From positions 1 to 20,661 of the IMG/VR virus record IMGVR_UViG_2872152978_000006: a stretch of DNA of 20,661 nucleotides; one strand, given 5' to 3'. The DNA is from a virus (taxonomy: Duplodnaviria; Heunggongvirae; Uroviricota; Caudoviricetes). Position numbers and translations under genes: made by a program. Below are positions 10,051-17,888 of the stretch, piece after piece (within the stretch, counting starts at the first letter, position 1; every line of letters starts with the position of its first letter). The notes beneath the pieces are model-generated. The model was not told the DNA's origin. It worked only from the letters and a program-made list of their open reading frames with translations, and ran no database searches.

Positions 10051-10585
10051 TAGCCTGCAATCTGTCGTTGATGCGGCTCAGGTCGTAAACCCGGCGTTCA
10101 ATATCCAGCATCAGGAAATTGTGGATCTCGGCCTGCTCAGGATTATCAGACTCTCTGGCCTGTAATAGCAATTCATTGTAACCATGCAAGCCGCCTGAGT
10201 TTTCCGCCGGGGTGGTGCCTTTCCCACGCAGGCAGCTAATGGGCTGATTACTCGTATCGTGTGTTTTCTTCTCCAGCACAATGACGCAATCCCACCAGTC
10301 GCCAAAGTCATACGTGTAAACCAGCTTGTCACCCTCATTCTGGAGCGCCGCCCATAGTGGCGTGATTGCCGCGTTACCCATGCTTTCATCCTCACCCCAT
10401 ACGCGATACTCGCTACCTGGATCACCTTTACGCCCTTTCTCGAACATATACAGGTGTTCGTCATTCCAGCCAAAAGCTAACTGGATCACGGCATGAAGTT
10501 TACTAAAGGGGATTTGCTCTGGAACCAGCACACGCCGCCATATAGGTGGTTTGCTGTCTCGGATGGTTATCTTTAGCTGGTACAT
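10043..10585 (-). CDS. plasmid pRiA4b ORF3-like family protein (function unknown)
   Basis: 180-aa ORF; N-terminal YQLKITIRDSKPPIWRRVLVPEQIPFSKLHAVIQLAFGWNDEHLYMF matches the pRiA4b ORF-3 signature. Confidence 0.75.
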   Translation of the reverse strand: MYQLKITIRDSKPPIWRRVLVPEQIPFSKLHAVIQLAFGWNDEHLYMFEKGRKGDPGSEYRVWGEDESMGNAAITPLWAALQNEGDKLVYTYDFGDWWDCVIVLEKKTHDTSNQPISCLRGKGTTPAENSGGLHGYNELLLQARESDNPEQAEIHNFLMLDIERRVYDLSRINDRLQAIN

Positions 10586-10705
10586 GCAAATCCTGAATAA
10601 ATGCGAATCGGAAGGATAACGATACTGACGTACTCACAATTCTGTAAAGGTGAATAAAGGAAATTTGCTTAATACGCATAAGTTACATGTGGAATAATCC
10701 CATAT

Positions 10706-10891
10706 CTACCTGCGCGGCGCTGGCTTCTTCCACTGGTAGGCAGGTGCTCGCATCATTTCGCGGAACCTGTCGCGCCGGGCTATATCGGCATTAACTGATC
10801 GTTCTATCTCCCGTTGATCTGCCTGTGTAAGCTGGTGGCCTCCGTGCTCAAGTTTGGCGATGGTCAATAAGGCTATTTCGCGTGGTGTCAT
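10706..10891 (-). CDS. small hypothetical protein (61 aa)
   Basis: Good SD (AGAGGA) 8 nt upstream of the ATG on the minus strand; no family recognised. Confidence 0.4.
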   Translation of the reverse strand: MTPREIALLTIAKLEHGGHQLTQADQREIERSVNADIARRDRFREMMRAPAYQWKKPAPRR

Positions 10892-11162
10892 ACGTCATAT
10901 CCTCTGGAAGGATGAAACACGCCCGGATTAAATTTCATTTTTCGCGGGTATAAAAAAACGATGGGGCGGGCAGTCCCGGATAGTCAGGGCTGTAGAGATT
11001 TGACTACCCCCTCCCCACTGTATTCAGGTTACTGCTATTCCGTTAAGCGCTGCTTACGGGGATAGCTGCGTTGTGATTTTGACCATTCAGGTCGCCGCTA
11101 TTTCCTCACCGATTGGGTGCTACGCGCGCGCGTACTTGTCCCGAAATACCAGAAACCGCCAG

Positions 11163-11184
11163 CCAGAGGATGATTTCCCTCTGG
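11163..11184 (-). terminator. hairpin (CCAGAGG - 8 nt - CCTCTGG) just downstream of the minus-strand PerC gene
   Basis: 7-bp perfect stem 5 bp beyond the PerC stop; T-run is weak, so terminator function is tentative. Confidence 0.3.
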
Positions 11185-11188
11185 TGGT

Positions 11189-11470
11189 CTACCTTTGCCT
11201 CTTGCCGCCATTTAACCGGAAGGCGTTACCGTTCGGTTGCGCTATCCCCATGCGGTGTTGCGTTTCGGTAACAGCTTTATGCAGGTCGCCAAATTCCTCA
11301 ACCTTCACGGGCGGGCGCTTCACGTTCTCCAGACACGTTTCACGGCGGCGCTTTATCCATTCCCGATCATCGTCCTCGGAGCATAACAGCATGACTTCCA
11401 TCCATCGTGCGGCAGCTCTCCGGTATAGCCCTTTTGACTCCAGCTCTTCAGCTTTCCTGTCCCTTATCAT
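11189..11470 (-). CDS. PerC-family transcriptional regulator
   Basis: 93-aa ORF with ELESKGLYRRAAARWMEVM, characteristic of PerC/Pch-like prophage regulators; GAGG RBS. Confidence 0.7.
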   Translation of the reverse strand: MIRDRKAEELESKGLYRRAAARWMEVMLLCSEDDDREWIKRRRETCLENVKRPPVKVEEFGDLHKAVTETQHRMGIAQPNGNAFRLNGGKRQR

Positions 11471-11505
11471 TTCTGCCTCTCAGATTATATAGATAAGCAA
11501 AAAGG

Positions 11506-11620
11506 TGTTGGTTCAGTTGGTTTAATTTGTAAAGATCGTTGTTTTTATTATGTTTTTTTCTAAAATATTGAACCAACATCAACTCATTTTGAACCAACAC
11601 AGCCCAGCTCTGAACCAACA
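11506..11620. repeat. iteron array: TGAACCAACA direct repeats at 11569, 11590, 11611 (exact 21-bp phasing) plus one inverted copy at 11506-11515
   Basis: Read directly from sequence; sits in the divergent intergenic region between PerC (minus) and the RHH gene (plus). Confidence 0.7.
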
Positions 11621-11685
11621 ACACAGCGATAGCTTTGTGATTGGTCCGTTATTTTCTGGCTGATATTTGAGCGTATAACAGTGTT

Positions 11686-11704
11686 ATACAGTGGTATACT
11701 GTAT
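11686..11704. promoter_or_regulatory. 7-bp inverted repeat ATACAGT - 5 bp - ACTGTAT (candidate operator) about 30 bp upstream of the RHH gene start
   Basis: Arms at 11686-11692 and 11698-11704 are exact reverse complements. Confidence 0.35.
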
Positions 11705-11733
11705 GGATATTACTCACTGATATGGTCTTTGCA

Positions 11734-12177
11734 ATGAGCAAATCTAATCTGATCGCGTTCCGCATCCCATCTTAATTGCAGGATGAGTTTAATCGGTCTG
11801 TTCTCGCTTCTGGAGGGGATAAAACCTCCTGGCTTGTTGATGCGATTCGCATGAAGCTGGGACAGCCGGAAAAGTCTATTGATTCACGAATGCTTGGGCT
11901 GGTGGAGCGCATGGAAAAAGCCGCTGCGTCGCTTATTGCCGGAAAGCCGAACATCCCACCAAAGCCATATAACGAAACGGCAGTTATAAAGATCATTGCC
12001 GATACCATCCAACAGGGATTTGATAATGGGCGTGTGATAGCTGAACGGATCAATGAAGCAGGCTATCAAACAAAAGCTGGTAAAGCGTGGGATAAAGATA
12101 TTTACAGCGCGTGGAAGCGTCAGGGAAGCAATGCTGAAAATTTAAAAGCGGTGATTGATTGTAAGGTCAGCGTATAA
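11734..12177 (+). pseudogene. ribbon-helix-helix (Arc/MetJ/CopG-like) DNA-binding protein with an in-frame TAA after codon 13
   Basis: ATG 11734 encodes MSKSNLIAFRIPS, then TAA at 11773-11775, then the same frame continues LQDEFNRSVLASGGDKTSWLVDAIRMKLG..., the helix-turn-helix part of an RHH fold. The ORF track places a TTG restart at 11776. Confidence 0.5.
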
Positions 12178-12289
12178 ACATGAGTGCCCATTGGAAAGTA
12201 AGCGTACAGCCTGAACCGTCTGGTCAGAATCTGACGAATTAGACAAAGTGGTGTCCACCAAATAAGTAGTGGGAACCAAAGTGTCAGAT

Positions 12290-12670
12290 ATGCAGAAAAA
12301 TGTGAATCCCGGCAGGCGAAAAGGCTGCCCTAATTATCCTCCCGAATTTAAACAGCAGCTCGTTGCTGCCTCCTGTGAACCCGGGATATCCATCTCAAAA
12401 CTTGCTCTTGAAAATGGCATTAACGCCAATCTGTTGTTCAAATGGCGACAACAATGGCGCGAGGGAAAGCTGCTATTACCTTCTTCAGAGAGCCTCCAGC
12501 TACTTCCTGTGACTCTCGATGCAGCTGCCGAACAGCCAGAATCGCTCGCAGAGGATCCGGAAACCCTCAGTATCAGCTGTGAGGTAACGTTCCGGCACGG
12601 GACGCTCCGCTTCAATGGCAATGTCAGCGAAAAGCTCCTGACTCTGCTGATACAGGAACTGAAGCGATGA
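12290..12670 (+). CDS. IS66-family TnpA (orf1)
   Basis: Family-typical small HTH protein; ATG at 12290 preferred, alternative GTG at 12269 from the ORF track. Confidence 0.75.
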   Translation: MQKNVNPGRRKGCPNYPPEFKQQLVAASCEPGISISKLALENGINANLLFKWRQQWREGKLLLPSSESLQLLPVTLDAAAEQPESLAEDPETLSISCEVTFRHGTLRFNGNVSEKLLTLLIQELKR

Positions 12671-13014
12671 TCCCGTTACCTTCCGGGACCAAAATTTGGC
12701 TGGTTGCCGGTATCACCGATATGAGAAATGGCTTCAACGGCCTGGCGGCAAAGGTGCAGACGACGCTGAAAGACGATCCGATGTCAGGTCACGTTTTTAT
12801 CTTCCGTGGGCGTAATGGCAGTCAGGTAAAGCTCCTCTGGTCTACCGGCGATGGACTGTGTCTGCTGACCAAACGGCTGGAGCGCGGCCGCTTCGCCTGG
12901 CCGTCAGCCCGGGATGGCAAAGTGTTCCTCACACCGGCACAGCTGGCGATGCTCCTTGAAGGTATCGACTGGCGGCAGCCTAAAAGACTGCTTACGTCCC
13001 TGACTATGTTGTAA
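12667..13014 (+). CDS. IS66-family TnpB (orf2)
   Basis: 115-aa ORF coupled to tnpA by ATGA overlap; motif LVAGITDMRNGFNGLAAKV. Confidence 0.85.
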   Translation: MIPLPSGTKIWLVAGITDMRNGFNGLAAKVQTTLKDDPMSGHVFIFRGRNGSQVKLLWSTGDGLCLLTKRLERGRFAWPSARDGKVFLTPAQLAMLLEGIDWRQPKRLLTSLTML

Positions 13015-13062
13015 GCCTCTTTATCCTGGTCGACGCTGAATGAGCCTGGTAATATACCCGGT

Positions 13063-14601
13063 ATGAGCAGCTCACTTCCTGACGATATCAATGCACTGAA
13101 ACGTCTCCTTGCCGAACAGGAGGCGCTGAACCGTGCCCTGCTGGAAAAGCTGAACGAGCGTGAACGCGAAATAGACCATCTGCAGGCACAGCTGGATAAG
13201 CTGCGCCGGATGAACTTCGGCAGCCGCTCCGAAAAAGTCTCCCGTCGTATCGCACAGATGGAAGCTGACCTGAAGGCACTTCAGAAAGAAAGTGATACCC
13301 TTACCGGTCGGGTTGACGACCCGGCCGTGCAGCGCCCGCTGCGTCAAACCCGCACCCGCAAACCGTTCCCCGAATCACTCCCCCGCGATGAAAAACGGCT
13401 GCTGCCGGCAGCGTCATGCTGCCCGGAATGTGGAGGCTCACTGAGCTATCCGGGTGAGGATGCCGCCGAACAGCTGGAGTTGATGCGCAGCGTCTTCCGG
13501 GTTATCCGGACTGTACGTGAAAAGCATGCCTGTACTCAGTGCGATGCCATCGTGCAGGCCCCCGCGCCTTCACGGCCCATCGAGCGGGGTATCGCAGGAC
13601 CGGGGCTGCTGGCCCGCGTGCTGATCTCAAAGTATGCAGAGCACACCCCGCTGTACCGCCAGTCTGAAATGTACGGCCGCCAGGGCGTGGAGCTGAGTCG
13701 TTCACTGCTGTCGGGCTGGGTGGATGCATGCTGCCGGCTACTGTCACCGCTGGAAGAAGCGCTTCAGGACTATGTGCTGACTGACGGTAAGCTCCATGCT
13801 GATGACACGCCTGTCCCGGTGCTGTTGCCAGGCAATAAGAAAACGAAGACCGGGCGGTTATGGACCTACGTTCGTGACGACCGTAACGCCGGGTCAACGC
13901 TGGCGCCGGCGGTGTGGTTCGCTTACAGCCCGGACAGAAAAGGCATCCATCCGCAGACCCATCTTGCGGGGTTCAGTGGTGTACTGCAGGCGGATGCATA
14001 CGCCGGGTTCAACGAGCTGTACCGGGATGGCCGGATAACGGAAGCCGCCTGTTGGGCTCACGCCCGCCGTAAAATCCACGATGTGCACGTTCGCACCCCG
14101 TCAGCCCTGACGGAGGAAGCGCTGAAACGGATCGGCGAACTGTACGCCATCGAGGCAGAGATAAGGGGAATGACGGCGGAGCAGCGCCTTGCCGAACGTC
14201 AGTTGAAAACGAAACCGCTGCTGAAATCCCTGGAAAGCTGGCTGCGTGAAAAGATGAAAACCCTGTCGCGACACTCAGAACTGGCGAAAGCGTTCGCATA
14301 CGCCCTGAACCAGTGGCCGGCGCTGACGTACTATGCAGATGATGGCTGGGCTGAGGCGGACAATAACATCGCTGAAAATGCGTTGCGGATGGTCAGTCTG
14401 GGCCGCAAAAACTACCTGTTCTTCGGTTCGGATCATGGAGGAGAGCGGGGAGCGCTGCTGTACAGCCTGATCGGGACGTGCAAACTGAACGGAGTGGAGC
14501 CAGAAAGCTACCTCCGCTATGTCCTTGACGTCATAGCCGACTGGCCGATAAACCGGGTCGGCGAACTGCTCCCCTGGCGCGTAGCACTGCCGACTGAATA
14601 A
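13063..14601 (+). CDS. IS66-family transposase TnpC (orf3)
   Basis: 512-aa ORF with N-terminal leucine-zipper region, CxxC zinc-finger-like motifs (CCPECGG, CTQCD) and a DDE-type core. Confidence 0.9.
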   Translation: MSSSLPDDINALKRLLAEQEALNRALLEKLNEREREIDHLQAQLDKLRRMNFGSRSEKVSRRIAQMEADLKALQKESDTLTGRVDDPAVQRPLRQTRTRKPFPESLPRDEKRLLPAASCCPECGGSLSYPGEDAAEQLELMRSVFRVIRTVREKHACTQCDAIVQAPAPSRPIERGIAGPGLLARVLISKYAEHTPLYRQSEMYGRQGVELSRSLLSGWVDACCRLLSPLEEALQDYVLTDGKLHADDTPVPVLLPGNKKTKTGRLWTYVRDDRNAGSTLAPAVWFAYSPDRKGIHPQTHLAGFSGVLQADAYAGFNELYRDGRITEAACWAHARRKIHDVHVRTPSALTEEALKRIGELYAIEAEIRGMTAEQRLAERQLKTKPLLKSLESWLREKMKTLSRHSELAKAFAYALNQWPALTYYADDGWAEADNNIAENALRMVSLGRKNYLFFGSDHGGERGALLYSLIGTCKLNGVEPESYLRYVLDVIADWPINRVGELLPWRVALPTE

Positions 14602-14623
14602 CACATCCCCGTCAATACGGTTC

Positions 14624-15205
14624 TTGCTGCACGCTTACAAAAAAGCGGGTTTTCACCCGTCAGAATCTGGCGGGGATCCGTCAGTAAAATCAAAACATGA
14701 TCCGTCAGATAAAAAACCTTCTCGTCCGGACGCTTCGCAACCGGACACGCAGACGGCTGAACAGGATTTTTTAACTCGCCATCCTGATGCGGTTGTATTC
14801 AGCCCTAAAAAGCGCCAGTGGGGGACGCAGGATGATTTGACCTGCGCACAGTGGCTCTGGAAAAAAATCATCGCCCTGTACGAGCAGGCTGCCGAATGTG
14901 ACGGCGAGGTGGTTCGTCCCAAAGAACCGAACTGGACAGCCTGGGCAAACGAAATTCGCCTGATGTGTGTACAGGATGGCCGTACACACAAACAAATCTG
15001 CGAGATGTACAGCCGCGTCAGCCGCGATCCGTTCTGGTGCCGTAACGTGCTCAGCCCGTCGAAGTTGCGGGAAAAATGGGATGAGCTTTCCCTGCGCTTA
15101 TCGCCGTCCGTCAGCACGCACACAGAAAAACGTGAAGACCCGTACTTCAAAGCCAGTTACGACAACGTGGACTACAGCCAGATCCCGGCAGGATTCAGGG
15201 GGTGA
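14624..15205 (+). CDS. DnaT-like phage replication protein (primosomal DnaT C-terminal domain); 5' end abuts or is interrupted by the IS66 element
   Basis: C-terminus ...SYDNVDYSQIPAGFRG parallels the E. coli DnaT C-terminal end (...SQIPPGFRG, from memory); the ORF-track start is a TTG inside the IS terminal repeat, so the native start is probably lost or upstream of the insertion. Confidence 0.6.
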   Translation: MLHAYKKAGFHPSESGGDPSVKSKHDPSDKKPSRPDASQPDTQTAEQDFLTRHPDAVVFSPKKRQWGTQDDLTCAQWLWKKIIALYEQAAECDGEVVRPKEPNWTAWANEIRLMCVQDGRTHKQICEMYSRVSRDPFWCRNVLSPSKLREKWDELSLRLSPSVSTHTEKREDPYFKASYDNVDYSQIPAGFRG

Positions 15206-15207
15206 GC

Positions 15208-15696
15208 ATGAGTCTTTTGAATGACGTTCAGAAATTCATTGAAGCCCATCCGGGGTGTACTTCCGGAGACATTGCGGATGCTTTTGCAGGTTACTCACGG
15301 CAGCGCGTTCTGCAGTCTGCAAGCAAGTTACGTCAGAGTGGGCGTGTGGCTCACCGTTGTGAAGGAGATACACGCAGACATTTCCCGCGCCTGACTGAGA
15401 GAGCGCAGGAACCGGGACCACAATCAGTTCGAGAAACCAGACCTGTGCGCAATTTCTATGTCGGCACTAACGATCCCCGGGTGATTTTGTGCCTGACCCG
15501 CCAGGCTGAAGAACTGGAGTCCAGGGGCTTATACCGTCGTGCTGCAACGGTGTGGATGGCGGCATTCCGTGAAAGCCACTCCCAGCCAGAACGAAACAAT
15601 TTTCTGGCGCGTCGTGAGCGGTGCTTACGGAAAAGCAGCAAGCGCGCTGTATCGGGTGATGAGTGGTATCTGTCAGGGAATTACGTGGGGGCTTAA
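15208..15696 (+). CDS. PerC-family regulator with N-terminal winged-helix-like extension
   Basis: Contains AEELESRGLYRRAATVWMAAF, paralogous to the motif in 11189-11470; ATG 15208 preferred (GGGGG RBS) over the overlapping GTG at 15202. Confidence 0.65.
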   Translation: MSLLNDVQKFIEAHPGCTSGDIADAFAGYSRQRVLQSASKLRQSGRVAHRCEGDTRRHFPRLTERAQEPGPQSVRETRPVRNFYVGTNDPRVILCLTRQAEELESRGLYRRAATVWMAAFRESHSQPERNNFLARRERCLRKSSKRAVSGDEWYLSGNYVGA

Positions 15697-16349
15697 TGAG
15701 TAATAAATATTGCCAGGCGCTGGTGGAGTTGCGAAACAAACCAGCCCATGAACTGAAGGAAGTGGGCGATCAGTGGCGCACACCGGACAACATTTTCTGG
15801 GGAATTAACACCCTGTTTGGCCCGTTTGTTCTGGAGCTGTTTACTGACGGTGATAACGCCAAATGTGCCGCGTATTACACGGCGGAAGACAACGCGCTGG
15901 CGCATGACTGGTCAGAACGTCTTGCGGAGCTTAAAGGTGCTGCCTTTGGAAATCCTCCATACAGCCGCGCCAGTCAGCATGAGGGGCAATACATCACCGG
16001 CATGCGTTACATCATGAAACATGCCAGTGCCATGCGTGATAAGGGCGGGCGCTATGTTTTCCTGATCAAAGCTGCCACCAGCGAAGTGTGGTGGCCGGAA
16101 GATGCGGATCATATTGCTTTTATTCGCGGGCGTATTGGTTTTGAACTGCCTGCCTGGTTTATCCCGAAAGACGAGAAGCAGGTGCCAACCGGTGCTTTCT
16201 TCGCTGGTGCTATTGCCGTTTTCGACAAGACCTGGAAGGGACCGGCAATCAGCTACATCGGGCGCGATGAACTTGAGGCATGTGGTGAGGCCTTTCTGGC
16301 GCAAGTTCGCCAGCAGGCAGAAAAACTTGTCAGGGAGATGGCGGCATGA
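15696..16349 (+). CDS. phage DNA N6-adenine methyltransferase (Dam-like)
   Basis: ATG overlaps upstream stop (TAATG); catalytic NPPY motif (FGNPPYS) and overall similarity to phage Dam methylases. Confidence 0.75.
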   Translation: MSNKYCQALVELRNKPAHELKEVGDQWRTPDNIFWGINTLFGPFVLELFTDGDNAKCAAYYTAEDNALAHDWSERLAELKGAAFGNPPYSRASQHEGQYITGMRYIMKHASAMRDKGGRYVFLIKAATSEVWWPEDADHIAFIRGRIGFELPAWFIPKDEKQVPTGAFFAGAIAVFDKTWKGPAISYIGRDELEACGEAFLAQVRQQAEKLVREMAA

Positions 16350-16672
16350 CGACGTTAACTCAATGCCAGCAGCAGGTGCTGGATATGCTGATTTCTTACC
16401 AGAAAGAACGTGGCTTCCCGCCAACCAATCAGGAGGTGGCAACCATGCTGGGATACCGTTCAGTGAATGCAGCGGTGGAGCATCTTAGAGCACTGGAGAA
16501 AAAAGGCGTCATCACGATAAAGCGTGGTGTGGCCCGTGGTATCACTCTTCATACCGCGGTGAAGGACGACGACAGCGAGGCGGTCGGGATTATCCGCTCA
16601 CTGCTTGCCGGTGAGGAAAACGCAAGGCTGCGTGCAACTCACTGGTTACATGAGAGAGGCCTGAAAGTATGA
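16346..16672 (+). CDS. LexA-like N-terminal DNA-binding domain protein (no peptidase domain)
   Basis: ATGA coupling; LTQCQQQVLDMLISYQKERGFPPTNQEVATMLGYRSVNAAVEHLRALEKKGVI resembles the LexA winged-helix DNA-binding domain. Confidence 0.65.
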   Translation: MTTLTQCQQQVLDMLISYQKERGFPPTNQEVATMLGYRSVNAAVEHLRALEKKGVITIKRGVARGITLHTAVKDDDSEAVGIIRSLLAGEENARLRATHWLHERGLKV

Positions 16673-17058
16673 AGCTGATCCTGCCTTTCCCGCCCAGCGT
16701 GAACACCTACTGGCGACACCCCAACAAAGGGGCATTTGCTGGTAAGAGCCTGATAAGCGCGGCGGGGCGAAAATTTCAGAGCGCGGCGTGCGCAGCAATA
16801 GTTGAGCAGTTACGTCGTCTGCCAAAACCAACGTCGGCACCTGCTTCAGTGGAGATCGTGTTGTTTCCTCCGGATAACCGGATCCGCGATCTGGACAACT
16901 ATAACAAGGCGCTGTTTGACGCCCTGACCCACGCGGGTGTGTGGGAAGACGACAGACAGGTGAAAAGAATGCTGGTGGAGTGGGGACCGGTTATCCCGAA
17001 AGGGAAGGTCGAGATCACTATCAGTAAGTATGAGAAACCGGCGGGTGCAGCCGCCTGA
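16669..17058 (+). CDS. rusA: RusA-family Holliday junction resolvase
   Basis: 129-aa ORF; LPFPPSVNTYWRH...DLDNYNKALFDALTHAGVWEDD matches RusA endodeoxyribonuclease motifs including the catalytic Asp cluster. Confidence 0.85.
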   Translation: MKLILPFPPSVNTYWRHPNKGAFAGKSLISAAGRKFQSAACAAIVEQLRRLPKPTSAPASVEIVLFPPDNRIRDLDNYNKALFDALTHAGVWEDDRQVKRMLVEWGPVIPKGKVEITISKYEKPAGAAA

Positions 17059-17077
17059 TTAAGAGGAGAAACGAAGT

Positions 17078-17887
17078 ATGAATAATCTGATGGTTATTGA
17101 TGGTATTGAAGTTCGTCGTGATGCTTATGGGCGTTACAGCCTGAACGATCTGCACAGGGCAGCCGGGGGAGAACAAAAAAACCGCCCGAAATACTGGCTC
17201 TCCAATAAGCAAACCTGTGAATTGATTGAACAACTTTTCACCGAGGGTGGAATTCCGCCTCTGGAACAAAATCAACCAGTTAGCGTCATTAATGGCGGAA
17301 ATAACCAGGGGACGTATGTCTGCAAAGAACTGGTGTATGCCTATGCAATGTGGATCAGCCCGTCATTCCATCTGAAGGTGATCCGTACTTTCGATATGGT
17401 AACCAGCGCACCGGAAAAATTATCCGGGCAGGCTGCTGACAAGATGCAGGCTGGAGTGATTCTGCTGGACTTTATGCGCAGGGAGTTAAACCTGTCTAAC
17501 TCTTCAGTGCTTGGTGCCTGTCAGAAACTCCAGGAGGCTGTTGGCTTACCGAATCTGGCACCGCGCTATGCCATTGATGCTCCTGCTGACGCGCCTGATG
17601 GCTCAAGTCGCCCTACGCTGTCGCTGAGTGCACTGCTGAAACAGTATGGTATCCGCCTTACGGCTAATCAGGCATATCACCAGATGGCGAAGCTGGGGAT
17701 CGTTGAACAACGCGAACGATACAGCCGTACCTCGATTAACAACATCAAAAAATTCTGGTCGCTGACAGCGAAAGGCTGCATGTTCGGCAAGAACATCACC
17801 AGTCCCGCAAATCCGCGCGAGACGCAGCCGCATTTCTTCGAATCCCGATTCCCTGAGCTGTTAAAGCTGCTCGATACCGTTCATTGA
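17078..17887 (+). CDS. KilA-N domain protein
   Basis: AGGAG RBS; N-terminal MVIDGIEVRRDAYGRYSLNDLHRAAGGEQKNRPKYWLSNKQT typical of the KilA-N DNA-binding domain. Confidence 0.7.
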   Translation: MNNLMVIDGIEVRRDAYGRYSLNDLHRAAGGEQKNRPKYWLSNKQTCELIEQLFTEGGIPPLEQNQPVSVINGGNNQGTYVCKELVYAYAMWISPSFHLKVIRTFDMVTSAPEKLSGQAADKMQAGVILLDFMRRELNLSNSSVLGACQKLQEAVGLPNLAPRYAIDAPADAPDGSSRPTLSLSALLKQYGIRLTANQAYHQMAKLGIVEQRERYSRTSINNIKKFWSLTAKGCMFGKNITSPANPRETQPHFFESRFPELLKLLDTVH

Positions 17888-17888
17888 G

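Larger units (their letters stand above)
12198..14638 (+). mobile_element. IS66-family insertion sequence (about 2441 bp; ISEc8/ISSfl3-like) with tnpA-tnpB-tnpC
   Basis: Imperfect terminal inverted repeats starting GTAAGCGTACAGC (12198) and ending GCACGCTTAC (14638); three-ORF IS66 organisation; flanking 8-mers differ, so no intact target duplication. Confidence 0.85.

Noticed and set aside
11073-11492. Plus-strand 139-aa ORF overlapping the PerC gene
   Set aside because: Antisense to the PerC-family gene, which has a recognisable motif and RBS.
11506-11620. CRISPR array
   Set aside because: Repeats are only 10 bp, four copies, 21-bp period; far too short for CRISPR repeats and spacers, and no cas genes.
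11686-11704. Possible LexA (SOS) box
   Set aside because: Half-sites are arranged ACAGT...ACTGT, the reverse of the LexA consensus CTGT-N8-ACAG, so it is not an SOS box despite the LexA-like gene nearby.
13072-14604. Minus-strand ORFs within IS66 tnpC (13072-13347, 13502-13897, 13894-14088, 14009-14299, 14275-14604)
   Set aside because: GC-rich antisense frames of the transposase gene; no support as genes.
14653-15150. Minus-strand 165-aa ORF overlapping the DnaT-like gene
   Set aside because: Antisense to a gene with a recognisable C-terminal domain and operon context.
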